Assembly: GCF_006345805.1 (NCBI RefSeq)
Contig: NC_043008.1
Location: 49,848,001-49,912,000, forward strand
Origin: Octopus sinensis
Taxonomy: Eukaryota
Direction of reading: 5' to 3'
DNA: 64,000 bases
Made by a program: the position numbers and the translations under genes. The notes beneath the pieces were generated by a model. That model saw only the letters and a program-made list of their open reading frames with translations. It did not search any database and was not told where the DNA came from. Below are positions 24,479 through 34,900 of this stretch, piece after piece. How positions within the stretch are numbered: position 1 is the stretch's first letter; every line of letters starts with the position of its first letter.

Positions 24479-24690
24479 TTGTTAGTTAGATATAACTAAA
24501 TATAATTATTTAGAGAGGGATTATTATTTTTGTTTAAAAAGGAGTATTTTCTCTCTTTCTAATGTTGCAACCGCTTGTTGTCATCAACGAAATATATAAA
24601 CACCCCCTTCTTTGTATCCTATTTGTTAATTCAGAGATTTCAGTTATCGCTCGGATGTTCGTGCTGCTTGCAATCGGCAAACAATTCAAG

Positions 24691-24700
24691 ATGACGTCAT
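24691..24700. promoter_or_regulatory. Palindromic CRE (ATGACGTCAT) about 215 bp upstream of the KLHL10-like ATG
   Basis: Exact TGACGTCA at 24692-24699 in a repeat-free, CpG-containing stretch upstream of the start codon. Confidence 0.35.
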
Positions 24701-25241
24701 TCAATCTTGAGAAGTGATTTGAATACTGGACGCAATAAAAAGATACTTAGCTTTGTCTGTAAAAAACAAACAAACAAACAAAACAAAATTCCGCAATATA
24801 TACAACGTGGTGTTAGAAATGTATTCTTACAGAAAAAAAAAGAAGAAAAAGAATTATTTCACTCGAATCTTAAAGTCTTCAGAATCTTTCTGGAATAATA
24901 ATTGGCTCCTTGTTTTGTGTTTCTTTCCTGATGAATCTCGATGAGAAGGTTTAGAAAAATCGCCTCAACTGAATCGACTCCCGCATTCTTACTGACAATT
25001 TAAATGCTTATGTGATCAACAAAGGAAGAGGGGGGAGAGGGGGGAGACGGAATGAACTGTTAATGGCTTCGATCTCATGTTTTCTTTGATACAATCCTTC
25101 TTATTGGGGGTACAATACAAAACCATCGATAAAAAACAAAACAAAACGGTTCCTGTTCTATATTTAAGAGATGAGGAATTATGTACATTATTTACACTAT
25201 TTACATTCGACGGATATTTGTCCTCATCTTGTTTGTTGTTA

Positions 25242-25285
25242 ACACAACGTTTCGGCTGATGTACCCTCCAGCCTTCATCAGGTGT
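25242..25285 (-). ncRNA. Minimal type I hammerhead ribozyme motif (intact core)
   Basis: Minus strand: ACAC-CTGATGA-A-GGCTG(gagggtacat)CAGCC-GAAA-CG-TT-GTGT. Stem I ACAC/GTGT, 5-bp stem II, palindromic ACGT mini stem III. Confidence 0.8.
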
Positions 25286-25345
25286 CTTGAGGGAAATTTC
25301 GAACCTGGGTTCTCATTCTTAAGGTATTTTTCGATGTTATTATTA

Positions 25346-25384
<39 letters not shown>

Positions 25385-25388
<4 letters not shown>

Positions 25389-25690
25389 GTTTGACTTTTG
25401 CTTTACATTTGTGCAAGTTGGCTCCAAGTCTTACCCAGAGACCTCAAGAGACAACAAGTTGGAAGTGTGCCATATATTTGGTTTTGCACATAGTGTTGTT
25501 CTAGAGAATGATTAAGAAACCATAACAAAATTATGTTTGCTTTAAAACTTGAGATTACAAAGAAAGTATTTTGCGTAGGATATGAACAGTTCCCATGAGC
25601 ACTATCTTTTGAATTCCTGCCATTTTGGGGTTTCCTAGTATCTGAGCTAGGTAGCAATCAGCCCCTTTTGCTATCATTCCCAGGGCACCT
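25385..25690 (-). mobile_element. 5'-truncated R4/Dong-like LINE 3' end inserted in (TAA)n
   Basis: GALGMIAKGADCYLAQILGNPKMAGIQKIVLMGTVHILRKILSL* (end of restriction-like endonuclease domain), then a 3'UTR. (TAA)n flanks both sides. Confidence 0.7.
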
Positions 25691-25698
25691 TATTATTA

Positions 25699-25781
<83 letters not shown>

Positions 25782-26141
25782 TTATTATTATTCAGGTCAC
25801 TGTCTGGAATTGAACTTGGAATCTCGGGGTTAGTAGCCCTTGTTAAAAAAACAAAAGCAAAACAAAACTTATAAAGTGAATGGAATTGAAACGAAGCGGA
25901 TCTGTGATTCCAGGGAATTATTAAGAATGAATTGCTTGCTGAGAAGACTTCGACGATGATTACGGCTTCATTAACAACAAAACGTCGCAAATCTGCCAGT
26001 GGAACAGATAAGTCACCTTTATCATATGCATGTGTATGTGTGTGTGTGTGTGAGGTGCCTCTGTGTGTGTGTGTGTGTGAGTGTGCGTGCTATAGCTATG
26101 TGAGCGGATCTGGTGGACAGAAACTGAAAGAAGCCCATCGC

Positions 26142-26172
<31 letters not shown>

Positions 26173-26277
26173 TATATGTATATAATATTAATTAGAGACA
26201 AAACCACTATTTTGCAAAACAAACAAGGAAAGACTTAATCAATACATAAAATTTTAATAAAAAGTAAAAAAAAACCG

Positions 26278-26320
26278 CCACTACAATTGTTTCATGTCTT
26301 GAACGACAATCTTCAGGTGG
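26278..26320 (-). ncRNA. Minimal type I hammerhead ribozyme motif in the left arm (identical, opposite strand)
   Basis: Exact reverse complement of 26373-26415. Confidence 0.7.
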
Positions 26321-26372
26321 ATTCCGATTTTCAAATCAGTTTCAAATTGAAACTGATTTGAAAATCGGAAAT

Positions 26373-26415
26373 CCACCTGAAGATTGTCGTTCAAGACATG
26401 AAACAATTGTAGTGG
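26373..26415 (+). ncRNA. Minimal type I hammerhead ribozyme motif in the right arm of a palindrome
   Basis: CCAC-CTGAAGA-T-TGTC(gttcaa)GACA-T-GAAA-C(AATT)G-TA-GTGG. Stem I CCAC/GTGG, palindromic CAATTG stem III; U.U mismatch at the base of stem II. Confidence 0.7.
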
Positions 26416-26605
26416 CGGTTTTTTTTTTACTTTTTATTAAAATTTTATGTATTGATTAAGTCTTTCCTTGTTGTTTTGCAAAATAGTGGTTTTGTCTCTA
26501 ATTAATATTATATAATATTTTACTATAAAATTGGATTTAATCCTAAATCTGATTTTTTCCCTGTAAATTTGGATTTATTCCCTAATATTTATTATTATAT
26601 ATATG

Positions 26606-26639
<34 letters not shown>

Positions 26640-26648
26640 ATATATATA

Positions 26649-26697
<49 letters not shown>

Positions 26698-26744
26698 GCC
26701 CAACCATCGACCTGATTGACCGCTAGTTATTTTTACTCGTGTTC

Positions 26745-26780
26745 CTTTCCGCTAAAGAGCGTAGGCTCGAAATGTAAAAG
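26745..26780 (+). ncRNA. Decayed copy of the 5493-5528 hammerhead-like motif
   Basis: CTTT-CCGCTAA-A-GAGC(gtag)GCTC-GAAA-TG-TA-AAAG, with flanks homologous to 5400-5725. Confidence 0.4.
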
Positions 26781-26926
26781 ACTTTCTCACCTTCCCGAGC
26801 GTTAAACTAATGCACCTATTTGTTGTTTACACACCTGTCTTGGTCTTTGGTTTTTTTGTAAATTCCAACTATATACATACATACATACATACATACATAC
26901 ATACTTACATACATACATACATACAC

Positions 26927-26988
<62 letters not shown>

Positions 26989-27489
26989 GATATACGATGA
27001 CGTTGAAGCATAAAGATTGGTTGGGAACGGTAGGATCTGTCGACTTAGAAAGAAACATAAAAACAACAACAACAACAACAACAACAGCAACAACAACATA
27101 ACTACAAAAAATCCTTTTATTACTATTGTAAAAAATTTTTGCTTTTATTTTCATTTCTGAATCTATGTATGAAATGTGTGTGTGTGTGTGAGTCTTATAA
27201 GTGTGTGTGTGTAATATATATGTGTAATGTATGCAATTTATTTTGTCATATATGCGTGTATGTACTGTATAAAGAATGTATGACATAATAAATTGCATGT
27301 ATGTAATGTATGTATGTGATACGTGTGTGTAAGTGAGTGTTTGTGCGCTCGTGTGCGTGCGTGTGATAGCATGTGTGCCAGCGAGCGTGCTTAGAAATAA
27401 ATCTCCTGAATAATACGGAAGAACAGAACAGTCGAAAAGTTCTGCTAACTTTAATAAACAAATTCCGAAAGATGCGAGCAGCAGCAGCG

Positions 27490-27570
<81 letters not shown>

Positions 27571-27642
27571 TCATCGTCGTCATTATCAAGTGGAGGAGCG
27601 GAAATGTTTGCGATGAAATACTGTTTTTGATTTTCGTTCTCT

Positions 27643-28202
27643 TTAAGTTATTTTCCAAAATGTCGGTGGCATTAACTTTTCGAACGATGGAACAGTGATC
27701 GCTACAACCCCTCTTTTGGAGCAAACTTCGAAATATACCGAAGACAGTTTCAGGAAACGCATTTCTCCAGTTCCCTTTGCTGTGAACGAACTAAAAACTT
27801 TAGGGCTTGGAATTAATTGGAATGTTACAAAACCATATGTGAATCGCAGAGTTCCTGATTTGGTCTTAGTCACGGTAATATTTCCCCATAAAGAATTACT
27901 GTAGGTTCCTTCATAGCTGGGCCGACTTCCAAATAAGTAAAAACGGTTTGTTTCATTCGAAGGTGGATTTGGACACCTTGGTTTGTATTTTGGGACTTTG
28001 AAATCTTTGATGGAACTCGCATTTATCCAGGGTTCATTACCAAGGTAGAGATCAGCCACATATTGCATTACTAATGTCCTTTTGTAAGCTTGGAAATCTG
28101 AGCCAGTAAGGGCAACGAAAATTCCTAGTTTTTCTTCAGGAAACAAAGTCAGCACCAAATTATTCCCCCAGTTTGTTCCAGTATGCACTATAATGGGATA
28201 TC
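27643..28202 (-). CDS. Beta-lactamase-like gene exon 5 (last; motif III and C-terminal domain)
   Basis: Acceptor ttctatttgcag|GA, 560 bp to TAA. GYPIIVHTGT (HTG triad), LFPEEKLGIFVALTG, YEGTYSNSLWGNITV (DUF3471-like C-terminus by recall). Five exons total 1551 nt = 516 aa plus stop. Confidence 0.9.
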
Positions 28203-28390
28203 CTGCAAATAGAAAAAAAGACAACACCGTAAATGAAAAGAGCAACAGTTAACGGAATTGAAGCCCATTGGCTATTTAGCGACATCAGTGCCTGATTGTA
28301 TACTTGAGTTTCTTATCTACGTATATCGCTAGCGATTGCTTTCGGGCAATCTACCATTGGCATCAAGGTCAAGAAGGAAGGTAGTCCCGG

Positions 28391-28453
28391 TAGCGATGAG
28401 GGAGGATTATTTCCCGCTAGCGATGAGGGAGGATTATTTCCCGCTAGCGATAT
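28391..28453 (+). repeat. 27-bp tandem repeat, about 2.3 copies
   Basis: tagcgatgagggaggattatttcccgc starts at 28391, 28418 and 28445. Confidence 0.85.
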
Positions 28454-29758
28454 GAACAACGAGTGTTTTTATATACACCACAAGTCCATATGAGAGGTTC
28501 TCTCATGGTAACTATCGCAGTATTATTATGTGTTCTGATACAACATCAACTTTGAAGCGGTGATAAATATTACCTTTTGGCATTAAATTACTGCTTCTGT
28601 CGCAATTAATTATTTACAAATTCTTTTATTGCTTCGTGAGTTTCACTCATTTACGTAGATTGTGTGTAGCGTTCAAATTCAAACGACTACAGTCCATCTT
28701 TGCAAATATATGATCCTTTGGTTAATGTAAGAAATCGTCACTCACCTCACCAAGGATATTTGCCCCAAGTACCCCAAGGTTTAAGGATCGGATTACAGGG
28801 TCACTTAAGGGCTTATTTCTTCTTCCTCATGATCTTCGGACCCGAAGTACGGCCGTCAAATCATATCATATCTGGAGAGGGTCAATATACCAGTAACCCT
28901 TTCTTTCTCCTATAGGTGCAAAGCCTGGAGTTTTGAGGGGTTAATCAATTATATCAGCCCCACTGCTCAACTGGTGCTTCTTTTTGGACACCGAACCGAA
29001 AGGATGAAAGGTGAAGCCGACTTTGGTGGAATTTGAACTCAGAACGGAGAGAAGGAAGCATTTTATCTGTGTGCTTACCATTTCGCCAGTTCGACGCCTT
29101 CGTGCCAATAACAAACACGCACTGGTTCTATTTCACTTTATTTTATTTGTCAATTAGTTAATCTTTTAACCAATGAATTGATCGATCGTTTAAGCGATCT
29201 GCCAGCCAATCAGTCAGCTAGATTTAGTCCCGGAGGCATGTCGTTGATGAAGTGGTGAAGGGCGATGAAAAGAGCTTGACAAACAGAGCTGAGTGATTGA
29301 CTGATCGAACGATTAATCAAACCGTCGATTACTTAATTGGTTAAATAGTTAACCAATAGGAACATAATAATTCTTTCTACTATAGGCACAAGGCCTGAAA
29401 TTTTGGGGGAGGGGACTAGTCGATTACAACGACCCCAGTGCGTGACTGGTACTTATTTCATCGACTCCAAAAGAATGAAAGGCAAAGTCGACCTCGGTGG
29501 AATTTGAACTCAGAGCGTGGAGACGGACGAAATGCTGCCAAGCATTTCACCCGGCGTGCTAACGACTCTGCCAGCTCGGAGACATAATAAAAATAAAATC
29601 AAGTGATGTAGAATGAGTGTGTTGTTTATCACTGACATAGTGACCTCCCCACCACCCCGAGAGACAACAAAATATACCCCAACACACAAGTTCACAACAA
29701 GAACGTTGCAAACCAACTACAAATTTAAAATATAACCAAATAAAAACTTTATTCTAAC

Positions 29759-29979
29759 CTCTGTAGAAACCTTTTTTCCATCCAAGCGCATATTTATCAT
29801 TAATATATGCAACTGGCATCTTCGGTCGGCGAAAAACATTTGTAGTTTGTACAAGAAAATTTCGGGTTCCAAAAATATTACACAAAAACGAACGTTTCCC
29901 GTTTAGAAGGAACCGCATCCATTTTGACATATCGTTTGCTGAACTCTGTATTGCACCAGAACCTATACGACCCCACTTC
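29759..29979 (-). CDS. Beta-lactamase-like gene exon 4
   Basis: Acceptor catctttacag|G, donor AGAG|gttaga, 221 bp, phase 2->1. KWGRIGSGAIQSSANDMSKWMRFLLNG...YALGWKKGFYR. Not in the supplied ORF track; read manually. Confidence 0.88.
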
Positions 29980-30096
29980 CTGTAAAGATGTAAATATAAA
30001 TTCGAATTTGAGTATAAATTTATCGTTTGTCAAAAGGGTACGAAACGTTTTGGCACAGCGTTTCTAAAATCAGGAGAAAGTTTAAGATTCTGCGTA

Positions 30097-30260
30097 GGGT
30101 GAGGGTCAGGGTTTAGGGTGGGGGTTTAGGTTAGCGTTAAGATTTAGGTTTGAGGTTGGTGTTTAGGATTAGGGTGGGGGTTTAGGTTAGCGTTAAGATT
30201 TAGGTTTGAGGTTGGTGTTTAGGATTAGGGTTAAGATTAAGGTTAGGGTTAGGGTTAGAC
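30097..30260 (+). repeat. Degenerate telomere-like (TTAGGG) tract with a 56-bp tandem duplication
   Basis: ggttagggttagggttag plus variants; tttaggttagcgttaag starts at 30125 and 30181. Confidence 0.7.
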
Positions 30261-30695
30261 AACGCGCCAAAATGACACCTCCTTATCTTTATAACTTACA
30301 ACCTTTGCACAAGTTAATGAGGTGCCATTATACGCCACTCAAACAGCTAGAAATAGTAGCAAAATCCTTCTCAAAATCATATCCTACAGTTTTATAAACA
30401 CGATGGATACAATAAATGATGTAGTTTTTGATACAGTATGTCTGAGGAGTACAAAAGAAAGATGGTGTTATCTTAACTGGAACTCTATATATATGAAAAA
30501 AAAAGGGAGAAGAACACTTTGACATACAATGTCTAAGATAAAAGACAGAGTGATCATGGCTGGAATGACGTTGGTGATGAGCGTGTCCTGTCGCGGCTGA
30601 CCTGGGGCTCAACGATACAGTCCACCACCCACCACCAACAATATCAGTGATGTAGGCTTTGCATCTCGGGGTCAGTGCTGGCCAAGTCACTAGTG

Positions 30696-30936
30696 CAGGG
30701 CTTTTCAACCTTTTTGCTGGAGCGGAACCCCAAGGAAACATTCCACTGGCTCGAGGAACCCCTGTGCAATAATTTGATAGTTTTATGCACACATATCTGC
30801 ACAGGAGAATTAAAAATTACTGCTGATTTTAGCAGTTTTGTAACTTCTTGCGGAACCCCTGAACTGTACTGGCGGAACCCCTGGACTGTACTGGCGGAAC
30901 CCTAAGGTTCCGCGGAACCCTGGTTGAATACCACTG
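30696..30936. mobile_element. hAT (Charlie-like) MITE, 241 bp, perfect 8-bp TSD
   Basis: TSD CACTAGTG at 30688-30695 and 30937-30944. TIRs CAGGGCTTTTCAACC / revcomp CAGTGGTATTCAACC. Six G(C/A)GGAACCC subterminal repeats. Confidence 0.9.
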
Positions 30937-30959
30937 CACTAGTGTGATATTATACTAGA

Positions 30960-31268
30960 TACTCGCCCAGGGCAGAGAAATATCACATGATACAGCAAAC
31001 CTTTTGCTGCTCATCTGTAATGGTGTGCTGTGCCCATGTTCAAGTTTGCTAAACTCTCGCTGACTCAGATCACCTAAACAGTTAATAAATTTCATGAAGG
31101 GGTGTAGTTCATTTCTTTGTAAAAACTCATGGGCAAACTGCAGTCCGCAGATCTTTCTCAACAGCACGCCGACGAAAAGTTGTCTTGAATGTTTTAGTAG
31201 AGCGGCCCACTTGATGATTGATCCATCTCTCATGCGGCCCGCTTCTCGAAAAAGGGTTGTTCAGGCCT
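30960..31268 (+). mobile_element. Probable hAT transposon 3' end relic
   Basis: Faint dimerisation-domain-like QQTF..SVM..DHLNS, repeated gcggccc subterminal motifs, terminus aagggttgttcaggcctg. Confidence 0.4.
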
Positions 31269-31691
31269 GACATAGAAACTAAGACACTCAAAAGTCAACA
31301 ACAGTTACTTTTCATCTTCTTGTCTCCCTCCTCCTCATCTTCTCCCTCCCTCCCCATCCTCCTCATCTTATCCCTCCCTCCCCATCCTCTTCATCTTCTT
31401 CCTCCCTTCTCATCCTCCTCATTCCTACTCTCCACTTTCTTTCTCCTTCTCACCTTCCTCTCCTTCCTCTTCCTTCCATTTTCCCCCCACTTCTTCCTCC
31501 TCATCATCACACTCCTCTCCTTCCTCCTCCCCACACCCTCCTCCAATCCACCACCCTCCTCCTCCCTTCCCACCTCTCCTCCCTTCCCACCTCTCCTCCT
31601 CCTCCTTCTTCCCAATATCACTGTCCTCTCCGTCAGTGATATTCGGGTTTTTTTTAAAAACTTAATCACAAATCAATAACCGTTTACAAAC

Positions 31692-31961
31692 CGTTTGAAT
31701 GAAGCTGGAACTTCGATCAAAGTCTTTTTGACGTCGTCATCTTCAACGTAGGGAGTGGCCACGTTTTTCTTACCACCGTAAGGTTTTGTGATAAATTTGG
31801 TGTCACGCATACCTAAGGGGCGAAGGATTTTCTCGCTGATCATATTTTCCCAAGTGTTGTTAGTCAATTTCTCAGTAATGTGAGCTGCCAGGCCGAACAT
31901 AATACTACTGTACATGAAACTGGTTCGGAAATCTTTGTATTGTTTGAACTGTTTAACATAT
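31692..31961 (-). CDS. Beta-lactamase-like gene exon 3
   Basis: Acceptor ctttcaacag|A, donor CG|gtttgt, 270 bp, phase 2->2. FRTSFMYSSIMFGLAAHITEKL..WENMISEKILRPLGMRDTKF; motif II reads YSS. Confidence 0.88.
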
Positions 31962-32319
31962 CTGTTGAAAGAACAAAGAAAAAGAAAATTACTATACATG
32001 TTATTTGTGGTAGAAAATAAGGTAAAGGTAGACACGCGAATTCGCGAAACGGGGTCGATAAATTAAGTACCAGTTACGCACTGGGGTCGATGTAATCGAC
32101 TTAATACCTATGTCTGTCCTTGTTTGTCCCCTCTGTGTTTAGCCCCTTGTGGGTAGTAAAGAAATAGGTAAGAATATAACTTCCCAATCACGTGTATGAA
32201 ATGTAAAGTCGACCCCCGCGGAATTCGAAACTAGAATCGGAAGCATTCTTTTTCCGGCGCGGTAATGATTCTGCCAACTTGCCGCCTTAATATATAATAT
32301 ATTCTTTTCTTTTCTACTC

Positions 32320-33432
32320 CAGGTACAAGGCCAAAAATGTTGGGGGAGGGGAACCAGTCAATTAGATCGGCCCCAGTACGCAACTGCTACTTAATTTATC
32401 GACCTCGAAAGGATGAAAGGCAAAGTCGACCTCGATGATATTTGAACTCAGAACATAAAGACAGACAAAATACCTAATTCTTTACTACCCACATAGAGAG
32501 GACAAACAAGGACAGACAAACGGATTAAGTCGATTACATCGACCCCAGTGCGTAACTGGTACTTATTTAATCGACTCCGAAAGGATGAAAGGCAAAGTCG
32601 ACCTCGACGGAATTTGAACTCAGAACGTGGCGGCAGACAAAATACCTATTTCTTTATTACCCACAAGGGGCTAAACACAGAGGGGACAAACAAGGACAGA
32701 CATCTCTCTCTATATAAACGGCAGTTTGTCTGTGTGTGTGTCTGTGTGTCTGTTAGGTTGTACCCTCACCCTGACCACGGCTTTCAACCGATTCTGATGA
32801 AACTTGACACACACATAGCCCAATGTCATAATTCAAAACTAACGCAGCGAAAATTTTGAAAAGTTCCCCCAGTTCTGAAAAAAAATCGATAAATTCGACA
32901 TGGGGTCGAGAATTAGAAACACAAACCACAGACTGTCTAGGGGACGCAACTCGACCTTTTTACTCTCAAAAAAATTTACCATCATTTTTTTCCCATTTTT
33001 TTGCTATTTTTTGGGTATAACTCTCTAAAAATGCTTTATAGTTATTTCCCTTACAAACCCGAGCAACGCCGGGCGATACTGCTAGTAGGTATTAAGTCGA
33101 TTACATCGACCACAGTGCGTAACTGGTACTTAATTTATCGACCCCGAAAGGATGAAAGGCAAAGGCGACCTCGGTGATATTTGAACTCAGAACATAAAGA
33201 CAGACAAAATACCTAATTCTTTACTACCCACATAGAGAGGACAAACAAGGACAGACAAACGGATTAAGTCGATTATATCGATCCCAGGGCGTAACTGGTA
33301 CTTATTTAATCGACCCCGAAAGGATGAAAGGCAAATCGACCTCGGCGGAATTTGAACTCAGAACGTGGCGGCAGACGAAATACCACTAAGCATTTCGCCC
33401 GGCGTGCTAACGATTCTGCCAGCTCGCCGCCT
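32320..33432 (-). mobile_element. SINE family B multimer (about 4 modules) with Helitron insertion
   Basis: Repeated gaaaggatgaaaggcaaagtcgacctcggcggaatttgaactcagaac modules; head at 33370-33432. Confidence 0.8.
32703..33085 (+). mobile_element. Non-autonomous Helitron inserted into a SINE
   Basis: A|TC 5' end, internal (GTCT/GT)n, subterminal hairpin CCCG..CGGG (33058-33073), CTAG|T 3' end. It interrupts SINE sequence at acagaca/...attaagtcg. Confidence 0.8.
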
Positions 33433-33716
33433 TTTCATTACTATAATATGGCTTTGACGATGGATTGGCAAACTCGTTACAGCATGAAACAAAATGTTTT
33501 CTGGTATTAAGTCGCGACGATGTACGCTCTGATTTCGAAATTCACTGAAGTCAACTGCGCTTTTCATTCTTTCGGGGTCGATAAACTGAGACAAGCTAAG
33601 TCCAACCCTTTTCAGAGAGTTGAAATAATTTAATAATCACCCAAAATTTCAAACCCTGTGCGAATTTAAAAGCAAAGCTAAACCTTATTAATCTTGTCAA
33701 CTTATTCTGAATTATA

Positions 33717-34212
<496 letters not shown>

Positions 34213-34735
34213 AGTATTATCAACAATAAAGGATTCATCCATGCTTCCATCTTCTTCTTCACTATTCTTGGGTGAGGCATGGGCGTAGAGTGCTCCGACA
34301 CCTCTTCCGTAGGGTCCTATTATTTCTAATTGATTCTGGGTGAATTGTCAAGCATGACCATCTGAGACTATGGATATTAGCCAACCGCCTCATTGCTGGT
34401 CTAACCCTTGGTCTTCTATCTGTTAGCTCGGCTCGAAAAATAATCTATATTCAATGAAAAATAAATATATTTCTTTATTGCCCACAAGGAGCTAAACATA
34501 GAGGGGACAAAGAAGGACAGACGAACAGATTAAGTAGATTCTATCGACCCAGTACGTAACTGGTACTTAATTTATCGACCCCAAAAAGATGAAAGGCAAA
34601 GTCGACCTCGGCGGAATTTGAACTCAGAACGTAAAGGGCAGACGAAATACGGCTACGCATTTCGCCCGGTGTGCTAACGTTTCTGCCAGCTCGCCGCCTT
34701 CAATGAAAAATAAATAAATAAAAAGCTCTATTTAC

Positions 34736-34900
34736 TGCGGAATGTTGTCTCTCGTCAATTCTAAGTTTAAACGTAAATAGTTATTTTTCGGCAAACCCAT
34801 CCGATGCGATAGTAGATCCTCTACATTAGCATACTTCGTCCTTTGTTCTGTAGAAAACTCAATGTCCAGGAACTTACTGATTGGCATTGTCTGGGACACA
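34736..34900 (-). CDS. Beta-lactamase-like gene exon 2
   Basis: Acceptor tctatttcag|T, donor CA|gtaaat, 165 bp, phase 2->2. Contains the conserved LLSHRMG (LLxHxxG). Confidence 0.9.

Larger units (their letters stand above)
25195..25839 (-). mobile_element. tRNA-headed SINE-like unit with (AAT)n linker and hammerhead-bearing tail, split by the Dong-like insertion
   Basis: Minus strand: truncated tRNA-like head (gggctactaaccc anticodon-like arm, B-box agttcaattcc) at 25793-25839, (AAT)n, then tail 25195-25340 containing the HHR. That head and tail form one element is inferred from collinearity and recall of a common octopus repeat. Confidence 0.55.
26180..26514. repeat. Near-perfect fold-back palindrome, about 165-bp arms, centre 26346
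   Basis: Arms differ by only three 1-bp indels. Central caa[a]ttg has essentially no spacer. (TA)n flanks. Confidence 0.95.

Noticed and set aside
24928-24934. CTGATGA hammerhead core
   Set aside because: No pairing stem II, GAAA-stem III or stem I in the right geometry.
32794-32800. CTGATGA hammerhead core inside the Helitron
   Set aside because: Followed directly by AACTTG with no stem II; part of an ordinary Helitron internal motif.
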